Source: Leptospira sp.
Lineage (GTDB): Bacteria; Spirochaetota; Leptospiria; Leptospirales; Leptospiraceae
Direction: 5' to 3'
DNA: 64,000 bases
NCBI GenBank assembly: GCA_034439575.1
Contig: JAWXAQ010000022.1
Coordinates: 32,001 to 96,000, forward strand
Shown here: positions 29,620 through 40,342 of the stretch, one piece after another
Numbering within the stretch: position 1 is the first letter of the stretch
Layout: each line of letters opens with the position of its first letter
Notes under the pieces: generated by a model
The model's input: the letters and a program-made list of their open reading frames with translations, nothing else
What the model was told of the DNA's origin: nothing
Database searches by the model: none
Program-made: the position numbers and the translations under genes

Positions 29620-30282
29620 GTGAATCCAACGGATGAAGCTTTAGATTCGAATGAAAGAGCCGTCTTTCATCCATACCAACACCATGATTTTTATGGAATG
29701 GATTCTCTTTTTCTTTCCCCCATACAAAATGGCGAGATTTGGAATTTTCAAAACATAACGTCCGTTCACCCATCTATATTGGCATTTTTGACTCTTCGCA
29801 GTTTTTTACTCAATGAAGAGAATCAAAAACCTTTAGAGGTAACAGGCCTTAATCGCATTTGGAAAACATACTTAGCTAAAAACAATTATTTTATTAAAAA
29901 TAAAAACTTAGTTACCGAACATTTTATACCAGGTTTAGTTTCTAATGAAGAGAATCCTAAAATTGATAATGATTTGGAATCTTCAGATTGGAAACATAGT
30001 CTAAGATGGGAATTCAAAGACGGACATAAAAAAACTGTATTTTTTGTCGCTTGTGGTAAAAAAGAGGGAGAAACTTCCAAAAATCTCTCAGAATTACTTT
30101 CTCAATTTTTGGTAGAATCTCAAAAGTACGACAGACTCACACGGGCTTATATTCGAAAAGAAACGTCATCGTATCTTTATTTACAAACAGAAGGACAAAT
30201 CCATCCGCGAGTTTTTTTCCGTGAGAATGCAAAAGAACTACCTGAATTTATATTATTTATAGCTGAACTAATCCCTGCTTAA
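29620..30282 (+). CDS. Hypothetical protein
   Basis: 220-aa ORF, GTG start, convergent with the next gene. Confidence 0.7.
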   Translation: MNPTDEALDSNERAVFHPYQHHDFYGMDSLFLSPIQNGEIWNFQNITSVHPSILAFLTLRSFLLNEENQKPLEVTGLNRIWKTYLAKNNYFIKNKNLVTEHFIPGLVSNEENPKIDNDLESSDWKHSLRWEFKDGHKKTVFFVACGKKEGETSKNLSELLSQFLVESQKYDRLTRAYIRKETSSYLYLQTEGQIHPRVFFRENAKELPEFILFIAELIPA

Positions 30283-30286
30283 AATT

Positions 30287-30895
30287 TTATTCTTTTAAAT
30301 TTAAAGATCTAACAATGTTTAATAGTTTGATTGCTTTGTCCATAGCATTTGTTGTGGAAAGTATATCTTGTTTTTGTTCATAATCATAGTTTAACATTGA
30401 TGCAATGAAATCTACTGGATAAAAGTGATTTTTAATATGATTCATTTTTAAAATTAAAGATTCATCAGCTCCTTCAGAAAGTAATATCCTCTTTGTTAAA
30501 AGTAAAATTTCATCAATAGACAATTGGTATTGCGGATTTGATTTTTGAGATCTGTCTTGTTCTATTTTTTTTACTGTCGCAATGATAAATGGTTCAGTTG
30601 AATTGAACTCGATGATTTCTGCTGTTCCCATACCTTCGAGAATGATGTTGGATCTGCCGTCTGGGAGTTGTTCTTTTTGGATCACATGTCCCCAGCCAAA
30701 AACTTTTTCAATTTGAGGAGCTTCAAAAGGTTTCCAGTTTTTTTTGTAAGGTGAGATTGCCATTTCATTTCCGTTTTCCAAGCAGTATTCCAGCATGGAC
30801 CTGTATCGTGGTTCAAATATATGTAAGGGCAAAAAAGTCCCAGGAAATAGGAATACTTCTGGAAGAGGAAAGATTGGCAACGTGAAGGTTGACAC
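30287..30895 (-). CDS. LON peptidase substrate-binding (LON N-terminal) domain protein
   Basis: LPIFPLPEVFLFPG, LHIFEPRY, LPDGRSNI. Confidence 0.92.
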   Translation of the reverse strand: MSTFTLPIFPLPEVFLFPGTFLPLHIFEPRYRSMLEYCLENGNEMAISPYKKNWKPFEAPQIEKVFGWGHVIQKEQLPDGRSNIILEGMGTAEIIEFNSTEPFIIATVKKIEQDRSQKSNPQYQLSIDEILLLTKRILLSEGADESLILKMNHIKNHFYPVDFIASMLNYDYEQKQDILSTTNAMDKAIKLLNIVRSLNLKE

Positions 30896-30948
30896 CTAGA
30901 AAGGAAAACGTTTTTCTGGAAACCTGTAAATCCAAAAAGGTTGAATCA

Positions 30949-31965
30949 TTGAAAATACAACTCTCAAAATTGAAGGAATCATTCGGTAAACTAAACCAAA
31001 TTAAAATCTTGGTGATAGGTGATTTGATTTTGGATGAATACCTGTTTGGTAGTGTCGATCGGATTTCACCAGAAGCCCCAGTCCCTGTCGTTTGGGTACG
31101 CAAAGAAAATCATACGCTTGGTGGCTCTGGAAATGTAATACAAAATTTGTCCGCGATCGGTGTATCTTCCATTGTAATGGGACGAGTTGGTACAGATAAT
31201 GCTTGTAATACGTTAAAATCACTCTTAAGTGAAAAAAACGTAAAATCAACCGACTTTGAACTTTTGGAATCAAAATCATATCCTACAACCTTAAAAACAA
31301 GAATCATTGCTTCCCACCAACAAATCTGTCGCGTTGATCGAGAAGAGACAAATCCACTCACTTTGGTAGAAGAAGATATGGTGATCTCAAGGCTTAAAAT
31401 TCGAATGAAAGATTGTCATGCCGTTATTATTTCTGATTATGATAAAGGTTATTTGACCGAAAGAGTTATTTCTGAATGTATCCGTTTGGCCGTGGAAAAC
31501 AAAGTGATTGTCACTGTTGATCCTCAAATCAGTCATTTTTTCTTATATGAAAAAATTGATATTATGACACCAAACCACCATGAGGCGGGAAAAGCACTCG
31601 GTCGAAAAATCAATTCAGAAAAAGAAATAGAAGATGCTTGCATTGAAATTTCTGAAAAAATCAAACCCACAGCCATGATGATCACTCGTGGGGAAAAGGG
31701 AATGAGCATCTATGAAACAAAGACGAAAGTATTTCATCATATACCAACAGTAGCTAAAGAAGTTTTTGATGTAACAGGGGCAGGTGATACGGTAATTAGT
31801 ATTTATACGGCATTTCTTGCATGTGGCCTTAGCATTTTGGAAGCAAGTCTTGTTGCCAATGCGAGTGCTGGTGTCGTTGTTGGAAAACTTGGTACTGCTA
31901 CTGTGAATTTGGATGATATCCAAGAAAGTTTAACAAAATTGGGAATATTGGAAATGAACAAATGA
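30949..31965 (+). CDS. rfaE1: D-glycero-beta-D-manno-heptose-7-phosphate kinase (RfaE domain I)
   Basis: GDLILDEY, RISPEAPVPVV, SDYDKG, DVTGAGDT. The TTG start is inferred. Confidence 0.93.
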   Translation: MKIQLSKLKESFGKLNQIKILVIGDLILDEYLFGSVDRISPEAPVPVVWVRKENHTLGGSGNVIQNLSAIGVSSIVMGRVGTDNACNTLKSLLSEKNVKSTDFELLESKSYPTTLKTRIIASHQQICRVDREETNPLTLVEEDMVISRLKIRMKDCHAVIISDYDKGYLTERVISECIRLAVENKVIVTVDPQISHFFLYEKIDIMTPNHHEAGKALGRKINSEKEIEDACIEISEKIKPTAMMITRGEKGMSIYETKTKVFHHIPTVAKEVFDVTGAGDTVISIYTAFLACGLSILEASLVANASAGVVVGKLGTATVNLDDIQESLTKLGILEMNK

Positions 31966-32450
31966 GTTTTTTATCTTTGTTAGCCGAAAAAATCATTCCT
32001 GAAGAAAGAATATTGTCTTTAAGAGATAAAATCGATGGGAAACGAATCGTTTTTACAAATGGTTGCTTTGATATATTGCATCCTGGCCATGTTGAATATT
32101 TAAGTCGGGCAAGGGATCTGGGAGATCTTCTTTGGCTTGGATTAAATTCCGATGCATCCGTCAAAAAATTGAAAGGAGAATCTCGACCGATTAACCGCTT
32201 CGAAGACCGAGCCAGTGTAATGGCGGGTCTTGCCTGCATCGATTTTATTTCTGGATTTTCGGAAGACACACCTTTGGAACTGATTAAAAAAATTCGCCCA
32301 AAGATCCATTGCAAAGGGGGAGATTATCAAAAGGAAAAATTACCAGAATACCCACTACTTGTCTCTCTTGGCGCAGAAGTGGTCATATTGCCATTTTTAC
32401 AAGGGAAATCCACAACTTCCATCTTGGAAAAAGCGAAGTTCACACTTTAA
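31962..32450 (+). CDS. rfaE2: D-glycero-beta-D-manno-heptose-1-phosphate adenylyltransferase (RfaE domain II)
   Basis: FTNGCFDILHPGH, GLNSDASV, KGGDY, STT. Confidence 0.95.
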   Translation: MSFLSLLAEKIIPEERILSLRDKIDGKRIVFTNGCFDILHPGHVEYLSRARDLGDLLWLGLNSDASVKKLKGESRPINRFEDRASVMAGLACIDFISGFSEDTPLELIKKIRPKIHCKGGDYQKEKLPEYPLLVSLGAEVVILPFLQGKSTTSILEKAKFTL

Positions 32451-32519
32451 ACGGTATTGATTTTGGGATAAACTCTCCCAAGCTGTAAAAAACATATCTT
32501 TTCCTAAGGGGTTTCTCTT

Positions 32520-34142
32520 TTGTCCAAGACCAAGTACATATTTATCACGGGAGGAGTATCTTCCTCACTCGGCAAAGGAGTTACTGTCGCAGCCCTCGGT
32601 TGTCTATTGGAGGCAAGAGGTTATACGGTATCCTTACAAAAAATGGATCCATATATCAACATTGATCCAGGCACGATGAGTCCCTACCAACATGGCGAAG
32701 TGTATGTAACAGAAGACGGTGCTGAAACGGATCTGGACCTTGGGTATTACGAAAGATTCACTCATAGTAAACTTTCCAGAAAAAATTCCGTTTCCACAGG
32801 TCAGATCTATCATGCAGTCATTGAAAGGGAAAGAAAAGGCGATTATTTAGGTCGCACTGTCCAAGTTGTACCTCATATAACAAACGAAATACGAAATCGA
32901 ATTTATACATTATCTAGGGATAACGAAACGGACTTCGTAATCGTTGAAATTGGTGGAACAGTCGGAGATATAGAGTCTGTTCCATTTTTAGAAGCGATTC
33001 GCCAAATGCGTTATGAACATGGACAGTCCCAGGTTTTATTTTTGCACCTAACTTTGGTTCCCACCATAACTGCGGCTGGTGAAGCGAAAACAAAACCTAC
33101 GCAACACTCCGTAAAAGAATTGTTAGCTTTAGGTATTCAGCCTGATGTATTAATTTGTCGTATTAATAAACCAATGACGAAAGAGATGAAAGGTAAAATT
33201 TCTCTTTTTTGTAATGTCAAAGATCAAAATGTGATCTCGGCTGTAGATATCACGACTTCAATATATGAAATTCCTATGATGTATAGGGAAGAAAAACTCG
33301 ACGAAGTGGTGTTAAACGCACTTGGAATGGATTTACGTAAACTTAGTTTTTCTCATTGGGAAAATTTAGTTAAAAGAATTCTAAATGCTAAACGTTCTGT
33401 AAAAATTGCAGTGATTGGAAAATATATATCCCTCCAAGATGCATATCGATCTGTATATGAATCTTTGGCACATGGTGGTATCGCAAACGATGTGGAAGTC
33501 GTTGTTGTAAAGATAAATCCAGAAGATATTGATGCTAAAAATGTGAAAGATCACCTAAAGGGTGTTCACGGGGTACTTGTGCCTGGTGGCTTTGGCGAAA
33601 GAGGGATTGAAGGCAAAATTCTTTCTATCCAATATGCCAGAACCAAAAACATTCCTTTCTTTGGGATATGTCTTGGGATGCAATGTGCGGTGATTGAATT
33701 TGGACGAAATGTTCTGGGATTTAAAGATGCCAATTCCACTGAATTTAATCCACAGTCTGGCCACCCAGTTATTTCAATGATTGAAGAACAAATGGAAATT
33801 GAACGTATGGGCGGAACGATGAGACTCGGTGCCTATCCTTGTGTTGTGAAAAAAGGAACATTGGCTTACCAAGAATACAAATCAGAAAAAATCTCCGAAC
33901 GTCATAGACATAGATTTGAATTTACGCTTCGATATAAAGAAGAATATGAAAAAAAGGGTATGAGCATTACCGGATATTCGCCTGATGAAAGTTTGGTTGA
34001 GATAGTGGAAGTTTCCACTCATCCTTGGTTTGTTGGTGTCCAATTTCACCCAGAATTTCAATCAAGACCTACGTCACCTCATCCACTGTTTGCTGGTTTT
34101 ATTAAGGCAGCAAGTAAACTTGCTAAAAAATCGGAGGATTAA
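32520..34142 (+). CDS. pyrG: CTP synthase
   Basis: GGVSSSLGKG, DPYINIDPGTMSPYQHGEV, GICLGMQ, QFHPEF. Confidence 0.98.
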   Translation: MSKTKYIFITGGVSSSLGKGVTVAALGCLLEARGYTVSLQKMDPYINIDPGTMSPYQHGEVYVTEDGAETDLDLGYYERFTHSKLSRKNSVSTGQIYHAVIERERKGDYLGRTVQVVPHITNEIRNRIYTLSRDNETDFVIVEIGGTVGDIESVPFLEAIRQMRYEHGQSQVLFLHLTLVPTITAAGEAKTKPTQHSVKELLALGIQPDVLICRINKPMTKEMKGKISLFCNVKDQNVISAVDITTSIYEIPMMYREEKLDEVVLNALGMDLRKLSFSHWENLVKRILNAKRSVKIAVIGKYISLQDAYRSVYESLAHGGIANDVEVVVVKINPEDIDAKNVKDHLKGVHGVLVPGGFGERGIEGKILSIQYARTKNIPFFGICLGMQCAVIEFGRNVLGFKDANSTEFNPQSGHPVISMIEEQMEIERMGGTMRLGAYPCVVKKGTLAYQEYKSEKISERHRHRFEFTLRYKEEYEKKGMSITGYSPDESLVEIVEVSTHPWFVGVQFHPEFQSRPTSPHPLFAGFIKAASKLAKKSED

Positions 34143-34144
34143 AG

Positions 34145-34993
34145 ATGTCAGATTTAATTGAAGAACGAGAATTTTTTGGTAAAAAAATTGGCGGAAGGAA
34201 TCCATTCTTTTTAATCTCCGGACCATGCGTAATGGAAAACAAAGATCTGTTAGATCGAGTTTGTGGAGAAATGAAAGCGATATGTGATGATTTAGGTATA
34301 GTGTATATTTTTAAATCTTCTTTTGACAAGGCAAATAGATCGTCTATCAATTCATATCGTGGACCTGGAATTGAGGAAGGAAGAAGGTTACTTGATTTTA
34401 TTAAAAATAAATATAATGTACCCGTACTCACAGATGTTCATGAAACGATTCAAATTGACCCATTAAAAGATACAGTAGATATTTACCAAATCCCTGCTTT
34501 TCTTTGTCGCCAAACAGATCTTATTGCGAAGGCCGCAGAAACTGGAAAATGGGTGAATGTAAAAAAAGGGCAATTTATGGCCCCACATGACGCGCGTCAT
34601 ATCAAAACAAAAATTCAAGAATCTGGATCTGAAAAGTATTTGGTTACCGAAAGAGGTGCAAGTTTTGGTTATGGAAATTTGGTCTTTGATACAAGAGCCA
34701 TACCTATGATTCATAAACATGGAATTCCTATTGTTTTTGATGGTACACACTCTGCCCAATTGCCTGGTGGTGCTGGTAATATTACTGGAGGTGTCCGGGA
34801 ATTTATACCTCATATGACGAGAGCTGCTATTTCTGTCGGAGTCGAGGGATTGTTTATGGAAGTGCATCCTGATCCAGAAAAGGCACTTAGTGATGCTACC
34901 ACACAATTTCCGCTCGCAAAAGTGGCAAAATTATTAAAGAATTTATTGGAAATTGATACTTTTGTCAAAAACAAAGTGCTTGGTTTTGATTAA
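34145..34993 (+). CDS. kdsA: KDO 8-phosphate synthase
   Basis: SFDKANRSS, QIPAFLCRQTD, KKGQF, ERGASFGY. Confidence 0.97.
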   Translation: MSDLIEEREFFGKKIGGRNPFFLISGPCVMENKDLLDRVCGEMKAICDDLGIVYIFKSSFDKANRSSINSYRGPGIEEGRRLLDFIKNKYNVPVLTDVHETIQIDPLKDTVDIYQIPAFLCRQTDLIAKAAETGKWVNVKKGQFMAPHDARHIKTKIQESGSEKYLVTERGASFGYGNLVFDTRAIPMIHKHGIPIVFDGTHSAQLPGGAGNITGGVREFIPHMTRAAISVGVEGLFMEVHPDPEKALSDATTQFPLAKVAKLLKNLLEIDTFVKNKVLGFD

Positions 34994-35002
34994 AAAAAAA
35001 TC

Positions 35003-35542
35003 ATGAGAAGATTGCTTTTTACAGTCATCTTACTTTTGTTAATTGATTGTAAACAAAAAAAGTATCTTCGTATCGATGAAGAAAAAGAATCAGGATCTAT
35101 GATCTCTATGAGAGACTTCTCAAGACTATCTTATACGAAAGAAGGTGGCTTGGAATGGAAATTACTAGGCAAAGAATCTTATATTTACCCAACAGATAAT
35201 CGAACGGTTGTTTATGGGTTCGAGTTTTACCAATACGAAAATGGAAAATATAAATCATATCTAACTGGTAAACGCGGAGAAATCAATCACACATCAAAAT
35301 CCGTAGTTTTAGAAGGTGATGTAAATTTAAAAACCGAAGAAGGTCGTATTCTCAAATCCGAAATTCTCAATTATAATTTGGATGAAAAAACTCTTTCCAC
35401 TGATGCTGAAGTTGTGATATATTCAGACGGAACAACGATTAGGGGTAAAGGATTACGAGCTGATCGTGGTTTAAATAAATACACGATTCTTAGACCAACT
35501 GCGATCACCGTTGGTGGAACTAGTCCTCTGAAAGAAAAATGA
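35003..35542 (+). CDS. lptC: LPS export protein LptC
   Basis: Beta-jellyroll pattern (LEGDVNL, LKSEILNY, GKGLRAD); lies between kdsA and lptA. Confidence 0.8.
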   Translation: MRRLLFTVILLLLIDCKQKKYLRIDEEKESGSMISMRDFSRLSYTKEGGLEWKLLGKESYIYPTDNRTVVYGFEFYQYENGKYKSYLTGKRGEINHTSKSVVLEGDVNLKTEEGRILKSEILNYNLDEKTLSTDAEVVIYSDGTTIRGKGLRADRGLNKYTILRPTAITVGGTSPLKEK

Positions 35543-36945
35543 AATTTTTAATCATCATTACAATTTGTATTTTGGGTAGCGGTCTTTTTGCTGATACTCT
35601 AGAACCTCTCATATTAATCGGGACGGATGATTTTTTGAAATCATACAATTTCAATACAAATGATATTAAAAAGGATACAAAGAAAAAAGACAAAACTCCA
35701 GTTATATGGGGAGGAAATACACTCACCCAAGAAGAAAGGCTTGTGAATGGATTTCAAATGAAAACTTTTATACTGGGTGGTGGGGCTTATATCACACACA
35801 AAAGTATACGATTGGGGGCCCGTGAAATTGAAATTATAGGGGAAGATGCACTTCAAGGTAATTTAAAAGGACAAGTCATTGTCGAAGACAAAGAAAATGG
35901 CGCTACCCTAATTGCAAATAAGGGAACCTACGATAAAATGGCTGGTACTGTTACCTTAGAAAATAAACCTACACTCATACATAAAAAAGATGGTAAAGTG
36001 GTTCGAATCCATTGCGAAAGTATAGTTCGGTATTTAGAAGAAGCAAAAACTATTTTAACGGGTCGAGTGATTGTCACTTCTCTCGATTTTAGGGTGTTTG
36101 GCGAAGATGCAGTTTATTATGAAAAAGAAGATCGAATTGATTTAGCAAATGAACCATTTTTGTTTTCTGAAAACCGCTTCCTTCAGGGAAAAAATTTATC
36201 ATATTTTGTAAAAGAAGGTAGTATTGTTCTGGATGGTGATGCATCAATATACCAAGTAAGTTTCGAAGCAGAGAAAAAAAAGTTAGAAGACAGAAAGAAA
36301 AATTCTCAAAAACCAGAAACAACTGAAAATCAAAAAAAAGAAAATTCCGAAAAACAAAAGTTACGCGTAATTACCATTTTTAGTGGAAATAAATTAGTTC
36401 ACAAAAATAAATCAGCAAATAAAGAAGCAATAACATCTATGAATGGCAAGGCATTTATGTTTAGAGAAGATTCTGAATTTAAAGCCGAAGAAATCCAAAG
36501 TCTTCAAAATAATAAATTGATTATATCAAAAGGGAATGTAAGTTTTTTGGATAAGGCAAATTCGTATAGAATGGAAGGGGGACTACTTGAATACAATAAA
36601 GAGCGTGGTTATTCCTACCTGACTGAAAAACCAAAAATTTTCTTTTTGGATGAAAAAACCTTAGAAGAAAAAGGAAATCTTTCTTCTGTGTTTATCGAAC
36701 GTTTTGATGAAAAAAAAGAGGCTGTGGCACGGGGTGATGTTTCGATTCAAACCCAAAGTTCTACAGCTCATGGAGAATATGCTACTTTCTTCGAAGAAGA
36801 GGACAAACTTGTATTAGAAGGTAATCCTTCTCTAACGCGTGATAACACAAAAGTATCTGCTGGAAAAATAATAATCTACCCAAATGAAGATAGAGCAATT
36901 TTGACCGATGGACTTAAGGTAATTGGAAATGACCAAAAGAAATAA
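35539..36945 (+). CDS. lptA: Extended LptA/OstA family LPS transport protein
   Basis: Repeated OstA-like beta-jellyroll segments ([16 protein letters not shown]); lies between lptC and lptB. Confidence 0.75.
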   Translation: MKFLIIITICILGSGLFADTLEPLILIGTDDFLKSYNFNTNDIKKDTKKKDKTPVIWGGNTLTQEERLVNGFQMKTFILGGGAYITHKSIRLGAREIEIIGEDALQGNLKGQVIVEDKENGATLIANKGTYDKMAGTVTLENKPTLIHKKDGKVVRIHCESIVRYLEEAKTILTGRVIVTSLDFRVFGEDAVYYEKEDRIDLANEPFLFSENRFLQGKNLSYFVKEGSIVLDGDASIYQVSFEAEKKKLEDRKKNSQKPETTENQKKENSEKQKLRVITIFSGNKLVHKNKSANKEAITSMNGKAFMFREDSEFKAEEIQSLQNNKLIISKGNVSFLDKANSYRMEGGLLEYNKERGYSYLTEKPKIFFLDEKTLEEKGNLSSVFIERFDEKKEAVARGDVSIQTQSSTAHGEYATFFEEEDKLVLEGNPSLTRDNTKVSAGKIIIYPNEDRAILTDGLKVIGNDQKK

Positions 36946-37699
36946 AAAGGAAATCGCAGTCGTAGATAACACACCCGTTAAAACTTTTCGAATGGAAAAT
37001 CTTGTTAAGGTTTATAACAAGAGAAAGGTGGTGGATGGGGTCAGTTTTTATATTCGAAAAGGTGAAATTGTCGGACTCCTTGGTCCGAATGGGGCTGGAA
37101 AAACGACATCATTTTATATGAGTGTGGGTTTTGTGACTCCCGATGAAGGAACTGTCTTTATAGATGATGAAGATCTCACAAAAGCCCCTATGCACATTCG
37201 AGCTAGAATGGGCGTTGGATATTTGGCACAAGAGGCTTCTATATTTCGAAAACTCACAGTTGCTGAAAATTTAGAAGCGATTTTAGAGACTATGAATTTG
37301 CCAGGTGATGAAATCATTCGCAGACGTGATGAACTTTTAATGGAACTACAAATTATGCGAGTCGCAAATCAAAAAGGCTATACCTTGTCAGGTGGTGAGA
37401 GACGTAGGTGTGAGATTGCGAGAGCGCTTGTAACAAATCCAGATTTCATATTACTTGATGAACCATTTGCTGGTGTGGATCCGATTGCTGTAAAAGATAT
37501 TCAAAATGTGATCCAAGCATTAAAAAACAGAGGCCTTGGAATTCTTATCACGGATCATAATGTTCGTGAAACTTTGAAAATTACAGATAGAGCTTATATA
37601 ATGTACAGCGGACGTATCCTGATTTCTGGATCTGCTGATGATTTGATCAATGACCCTGAAACGAGACGTATATATCTAGGGGAAGATTTTAAACTCTAA
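36929..37699 (+). CDS. lptB: LPS export ABC ATPase LptB
   Basis: [47 protein letters not shown]. Confidence 0.96.
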   Translation: MTKRNKKEIAVVDNTPVKTFRMENLVKVYNKRKVVDGVSFYIRKGEIVGLLGPNGAGKTTSFYMSVGFVTPDEGTVFIDDEDLTKAPMHIRARMGVGYLAQEASIFRKLTVAENLEAILETMNLPGDEIIRRRDELLMELQIMRVANQKGYTLSGGERRRCEIARALVTNPDFILLDEPFAGVDPIAVKDIQNVIQALKNRGLGILITDHNVRETLKITDRAYIMYSGRILISGSADDLINDPETRRIYLGEDFKL

Positions 37700-37701
37700 T
37701 T

Positions 37702-39123
37702 ATGAAATTAGGAAATTCCATATCTCAAAGACAAACGCAAAAATTGGTCATGACACATGACTTGCGTCAGTCGATAGAATTATTGTCACTTTCTACATTG
37801 GAACTATCTGACAAAATTCAAAATGAATTAATGGAAAATCCCATGTTGGATGAAGTGGGCCTCGATGAAAAACAAAAAATGCCGGAACTATTTTCTTTCG
37901 AAGAAGTGAAGCGAATAGAAAAATTAAATCATGAAAAAAGTACAGACATCAATTGGCAAGAAGCATATTCCTTAGAGGGTCCCAAAAGCTATAATCAAGA
38001 AGCAAGCGATAGAAATCAAAAATATATAGAATCATCCTCAAAAGGCATATCTCTAGAAGAACACTTGTTATCCCAGTTAAGGCTCATTGATTTGACGGAT
38101 CAAGAATACCGGATAGGTGAAGTTTTGGTTTCCATGATCGATGATAAAGGATTTATCAAGGAAGATTTAAGTATACTTTCCATCGAAATGAATTTTTCGT
38201 TACCAAAAATTCAAAAAGTATTAAAAATCATTCAGGAACTGGATCCAATTGGCATTGGTGCCAAAGATATCCAAGAAACATTACTTGTACAAGCTAAGAT
38301 TTTATTTCCGGAAAACAAAACATTACATTTGTTAATCAATGAATTTTTGAATGATTTAGAAAAAATTGATTATAAAAAAATTGCAAAAACTCTTCGTATC
38401 ACTGAAGACGAAGTTTCGCAATTAGCCAGAACAGTCAAAAAACTCGAACCCTATCCAGCTACTTTATACCAAGGGAAAAAAACTGACTATGTAGTTCCTG
38501 ATGTGGTAGTCAAACAAATCGGGAATGAATTTAACATTTTTATAAACGATGAATGGCTACCTAAACTTTCTATCCAAGATGAATATAAAGAATTATTAAA
38601 TACAAAATTACCACCAGCTGAAAAGGAATACTTTCAAACAAAATTTAGTTCTGCTCAATGGTTGATTCGATCCATTCAACAAAGAAGACATACTTTGCAA
38701 AGAGTGGTTAGCTCCATTATAGATTTCCAAGTGGAATTTTTTCGCGGTGGCATAACAAACATTCGTCCTTTGACTTTGAAAGAAATTGCTGAAAAATTAA
38801 ATTTACATGAGTCCACAATTTCCCGTATAACAACAAATAAATATATTCAAACTACTTGGGGTATTTTTGAATTAAAATGGTTTTTTTCTTCTGGAGTTAA
38901 ATCTTCAGAAGGTGGCAAAGAAAGTTCCAAAAAAATTCATGAATTCATTCGAAATTTGGTCAAAGATGAGGATGAACAAAATCCTCTTTCGGACCAAGAT
39001 ATTGTCGAACTTATGGAGAAAAAAGGTATTGAAATTGCTCGGCGAACGGTTGCAAAATATCGGAAAGTGCTTAAAATTCTGCCTTCCAATCAACGAAAAC
39101 GAATTAGTACTTTAAAGGGTTAA
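37702..39123 (+). CDS. rpoN: RNA polymerase sigma-54 factor
   Basis: LRQSIELL, HESTISR, RpoN box ARRTVAKYR. Confidence 0.98.
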   Translation: MKLGNSISQRQTQKLVMTHDLRQSIELLSLSTLELSDKIQNELMENPMLDEVGLDEKQKMPELFSFEEVKRIEKLNHEKSTDINWQEAYSLEGPKSYNQEASDRNQKYIESSSKGISLEEHLLSQLRLIDLTDQEYRIGEVLVSMIDDKGFIKEDLSILSIEMNFSLPKIQKVLKIIQELDPIGIGAKDIQETLLVQAKILFPENKTLHLLINEFLNDLEKIDYKKIAKTLRITEDEVSQLARTVKKLEPYPATLYQGKKTDYVVPDVVVKQIGNEFNIFINDEWLPKLSIQDEYKELLNTKLPPAEKEYFQTKFSSAQWLIRSIQQRRHTLQRVVSSIIDFQVEFFRGGITNIRPLTLKEIAEKLNLHESTISRITTNKYIQTTWGIFELKWFFSSGVKSSEGGKESSKKIHEFIRNLVKDEDEQNPLSDQDIVELMEKKGIEIARRTVAKYRKVLKILPSNQRKRISTLKG

Positions 39124-39126
39124 TGG

Positions 39127-40089
39127 ATGCCTGTACCGGGAATTACAGTCGAAACGATTCTGAAAGATCATGAGGACTTAAAACTTCAACTCGTTACAGG
39201 TGAGGAAGGCCTTGCCAATCGAATTAACAATGCAGAAATCAATCGACCAGGATTATCTTTAACAGGTTTTTTTGATTTTTTTGCTAATGATAGAATTCAA
39301 ATTTTTGGTAAAGGGGAATGGGCTTATTTAAATTCCCTCCCAGAAGAGCAGTTAGGTGAGATTACTGATAAGTTTTTCCAATTCCATTTAAATTGTATTA
39401 TTTATACTCATGGGAATGAACCACAAAATGATTTTGTAGAGATGGCAAAAAAGAAAGGCATACCGCTTTTTGTAACACCCATTTCAACTCATAGATTCAT
39501 TACACTTATCTCTCAAATTTTGGATCGTGCCTTAGCACCAAGGACTATGCGTCATGGAGTGTTAATCGAAGTATTTGGCATCGGAACCTTATTAACGGGA
39601 AGGTCCGGAGTTGGAAAAAGTGAAACAGCATTAGAACTTATTGAACGAGGACATCGTTTGGTTGCGGACGATATGGTTGAAATTCGTAGACTTAGCGAAA
39701 GTTATCTGATCGGTTCATGTTCTGATTTACTTAGGCATCATATGGAAATAAGAGGTCTTGGAATACTCAACATAAAAGACTTGTTCGGTGTTGGGTCTGT
39801 ACGTGATCACAAATTAATCGAACTGATAATTAGTTTAAAAGAATGGGAAGAAGAGGCTGACTATGAGAGAACTGGTATTGAACAGAGTACTGAAGAAATT
39901 TTAGGTGTCCCGATTCCACTGATCGAAATCCCAGTGAAACCAGGAAGAAATATTCCTATCATAGTCGAGACGGCTGCAATGAACCAAAGACTTAGAAAAA
40001 TGGGGAAAAACAGCGCAAAAGAATTTTCTAATAAACTAACTAATTATATCCAGCAGAGTAAAATTGAAACAAATCCAGTTAAAGATTAA
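39127..40089 (+). CDS. hprK: HPr kinase/phosphorylase
   Basis: NRPGL, GRSGVGKSETALEL, LVADD, HMEIRGLGI, PGRN. Confidence 0.97.
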   Translation: MPVPGITVETILKDHEDLKLQLVTGEEGLANRINNAEINRPGLSLTGFFDFFANDRIQIFGKGEWAYLNSLPEEQLGEITDKFFQFHLNCIIYTHGNEPQNDFVEMAKKKGIPLFVTPISTHRFITLISQILDRALAPRTMRHGVLIEVFGIGTLLTGRSGVGKSETALELIERGHRLVADDMVEIRRLSESYLIGSCSDLLRHHMEIRGLGILNIKDLFGVGSVRDHKLIELIISLKEWEEEADYERTGIEQSTEEILGVPIPLIEIPVKPGRNIPIIVETAAMNQRLRKMGKNSAKEFSNKLTNYIQQSKIETNPVKD

Positions 40090-40342
40090 TGAAGATAGTA
40101 CGGGTTTACATGCAAGGCCTGCTTCACTCTTTGTAAAAGTTGCAGCAACGTTTCCTTGCGAAATTTTTGTGATTAAAGACGATATTGAAGTAAATGGAAA
40201 ATCCATAATGGGACTCATGATGTTGGCCTTAGGTGCTGGTGTGGAATTTCAAGTAAAAGCTGATGGCAAAATGGAAGAAGAGGCACTACTTGCATTAGAA
40301 AAACTTGTAGTAAATAATTTTGAAATTGATGTTCCTAAATAA
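40064..40342 (+). CDS. ptsH: HPr phosphocarrier protein
   Basis: GLHARPAS (His15) and GKSIMGLMML (Ser46). Confidence 0.93.
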   Translation: MKQIQLKINEDSTGLHARPASLFVKVAATFPCEIFVIKDDIEVNGKSIMGLMMLALGAGVEFQVKADGKMEEEALLALEKLVVNNFEIDVPK

